Assembly (NCBI RefSeq): GCF_006345805.1
Contig: NW_021829625.1
Location: 1-35,568, forward strand
DNA from: Octopus sinensis
Taxonomy: Eukaryota
Direction of reading: 5' to 3'
DNA length: 35,568 bases
Below, one piece after another: positions 33,817 to 35,568 of this stretch (positions are counted from its first letter, which is position 1; each line of letters begins with the position of its first letter). The notes below the pieces were generated by a model. That model was not told the origin of the DNA and did not search any database. It saw nothing but the letters and a program-made list of their open reading frames with translations. Position numbers and translations under genes: made by a program.

Positions 33817-34212
33817 AATGGAAACTAGACATAGTGTTAATTGAGAAAAAAGCAACGATGCTGGATCAAAGATGTAGCATACCCAGCTCTCAATAAAGTA
33901 TACGATAAGGAAGAAAGAGAAGTCGATAGATATAACAGGTTAGCTTGGGAGGTTAAGCAGTTGTGGTCGATGAAAAAGTGGTAGTAGTACCAATAATTGT
34001 CAGAGCCCTGGGAACAGTGAGTAAAATCTTGAGAAGAACACAGAACAAATAGCGGCTGCAATAAGGTTGGAGCACTTGCAGAAAACAGCGCTGCTTGGAA
34101 CCACTCGAATACTCCGGATGGAGCTCGAAAAATAAGGGGTGTTACCTTAGTTCACTGGAAGTGAACAGCTGACAGCGTAGTATATCTCCAACGTTAGAAG
34201 CTGTGCAAGGAC
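33817..34212 (+). mobile_element. 5'-truncated RLE-type LINE 3' end, copy 2 (tandem duplicate)
   Basis: Identical to copy 1 except for two 1-nt indels in A-runs; same truncation point. Confidence 0.88.
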
Positions 34213-34369
34213 AATAATAATAATAATAATAATAATAATGATAATAATAATAATAATAATAATAATAGTGCCTGGTGTACCTTTATCAGACGGGTAGTCA
34301 TGATGGGTATATTGGGCTTCGTATATTTTACCCCAGTGTCACTTTGATGGCATGACTGCTCTCTCACTC

Positions 34370-34404
<35 letters not shown>

Positions 34405-34424
34405 TGATGATATGATGATGATGA

Positions 34425-34466
<42 letters not shown>

Positions 34467-34470
34467 AATA

Positions 34471-34501
<31 letters not shown>

Positions 34502-34507
34502 TATTAA

Positions 34508-34559
<52 letters not shown>

Positions 34560-34561
34560 GC

Positions 34562-35105
34562 AGTACCATGCAGTGGGTCTTATGGCTTCTGATCTTAACT
34601 GATTGGAAGTGTTATCATGTACGTTGTTTTGTCTTGGTATAAAAGATGGGCTACAGCAAATATTCTGCTCAATACCACAGATTTGCTTGTCAGTTGTTTG
34701 ACCTTAACCAGTTGAGCATGTCCCTTAGTGGCTGGCGATATGTGCATCTCTGATCACGAGCAGGAGTAGTGGGGAACATCATAGCCGTGTGTTGAAAGGA
34801 ATTCTTGGAGGTTTGGGTAATTCACCTTTGGAAACATGGGTTGTTCGTTCAACATCCTTACACAATCCTCATTCAGGGACTTTTTGAGCGAGATGGGCTA
34901 CTCGACAAGAAGAAAATTCTAACTGGGCCCCACCTGCAAGGTCATGTGCTGTTTATCTTGATATGAGATCACCATGTCGCGCACATATGTTTGTGATGCA
35001 TGTGCCTGGTGTACCCTTATCAAACAGGTAGTCATGATAGGTATACTTGGCTCTGTACATTTTACCCCAGTGTCACTTTGATGGCATGCGCTACTCTCTC
35101 ACTCA
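34562..35105 (+). mobile_element. retroelement 3' region with (AAT)n tail; its last ~100 bp also occur at 34270-34370
   Basis: Shared GTGCCTGGTGTACC..TTTTACCCCAGTGTCACTTTGATGGCATG..CTCTCTCACTC(AAT)n; family not identified. Confidence 0.6.
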
Positions 35106-35111
35106 ATAATA

Positions 35112-35180
<69 letters not shown>

Positions 35181-35239
35181 ATACATACATACATACATAC
35201 ATACATACATACATACATACATACATACACACACACACT

Positions 35240-35475
35240 AGTGTTCCGTCGATTACGACGACGAATGTTCCTATTGATCTGATCAACGGAACAGCCTGCT
35301 GGTGAAATTAAGGAGCAAGTGGCTGGGCACTTCACAGACACACGTCCCATTAGAAGTGCTTAGGGAGATTCAGCTTGACACAGAGTGTGACTAGGCTGGC
35401 TCTGTGAAATACAGGTACAACACATTTTTGCCAGCTAAGTCGACTGGAGAAACGCGAAAAAAAGTGCCTTGCTAA
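35240..35475. mobile_element. SINE-like interspersed repeat (degenerate relative at ~32940-33062)
   Basis: Shared CAGG..TTTTTGCCAGCT..GACT..GGAG blocks between the two loci. Confidence 0.5.
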
Positions 35476-35526
35476 CCCTAAGTCACGTGCCCTCACTCAC
35501 TGTCTGTCTGTCCGTCCGTTTGTCTT

Positions 35527-35559
<33 letters not shown>

Positions 35560-35568
35560 GTCTCTCTC

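Noticed and set aside
1579-35350. Many supplied ORFs rich in IY, VC, HT, poly-I, poly-L, poly-N or poly-S
   Set aside because: They are translations of (TA)n, (TG)n, (AAT)n and (ATC)n microsatellites.

Overview
AT-rich, microsatellite-dense animal genomic DNA. The SINE, LINE and MITE families look cephalopod (octopus-like); this is inferred from repeat content only. Host genes are two CYP4-clan cytochrome P450 copies on the minus strand. One contributes exons equivalent to 7 and 8 (31569-31745, 28077-28179). The other contributes exons 1 and 2 (13309-13468, 12437-12549). No exons 9-11 were found between them. The rest is transposon debris: Tc1, mariners, a Helitron, a MITE, RLE-type LINE fragments, a bipartite RTE, zinc-knuckle ORF1-only elements, a Penelope-like GIY-YIG element and SINEs. 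The most striking feature is a non-coding array of eight ~535-bp units (4293-9047), arranged as two 4-unit blocks. Every unit carries an intact type I hammerhead ribozyme with a palindromic stem III, giving a retrozyme or Penelope pLTR-like array that could yield 535-nt self-cleaved or circular RNAs. Most short ORFs in the supplied track are microsatellite artefacts.
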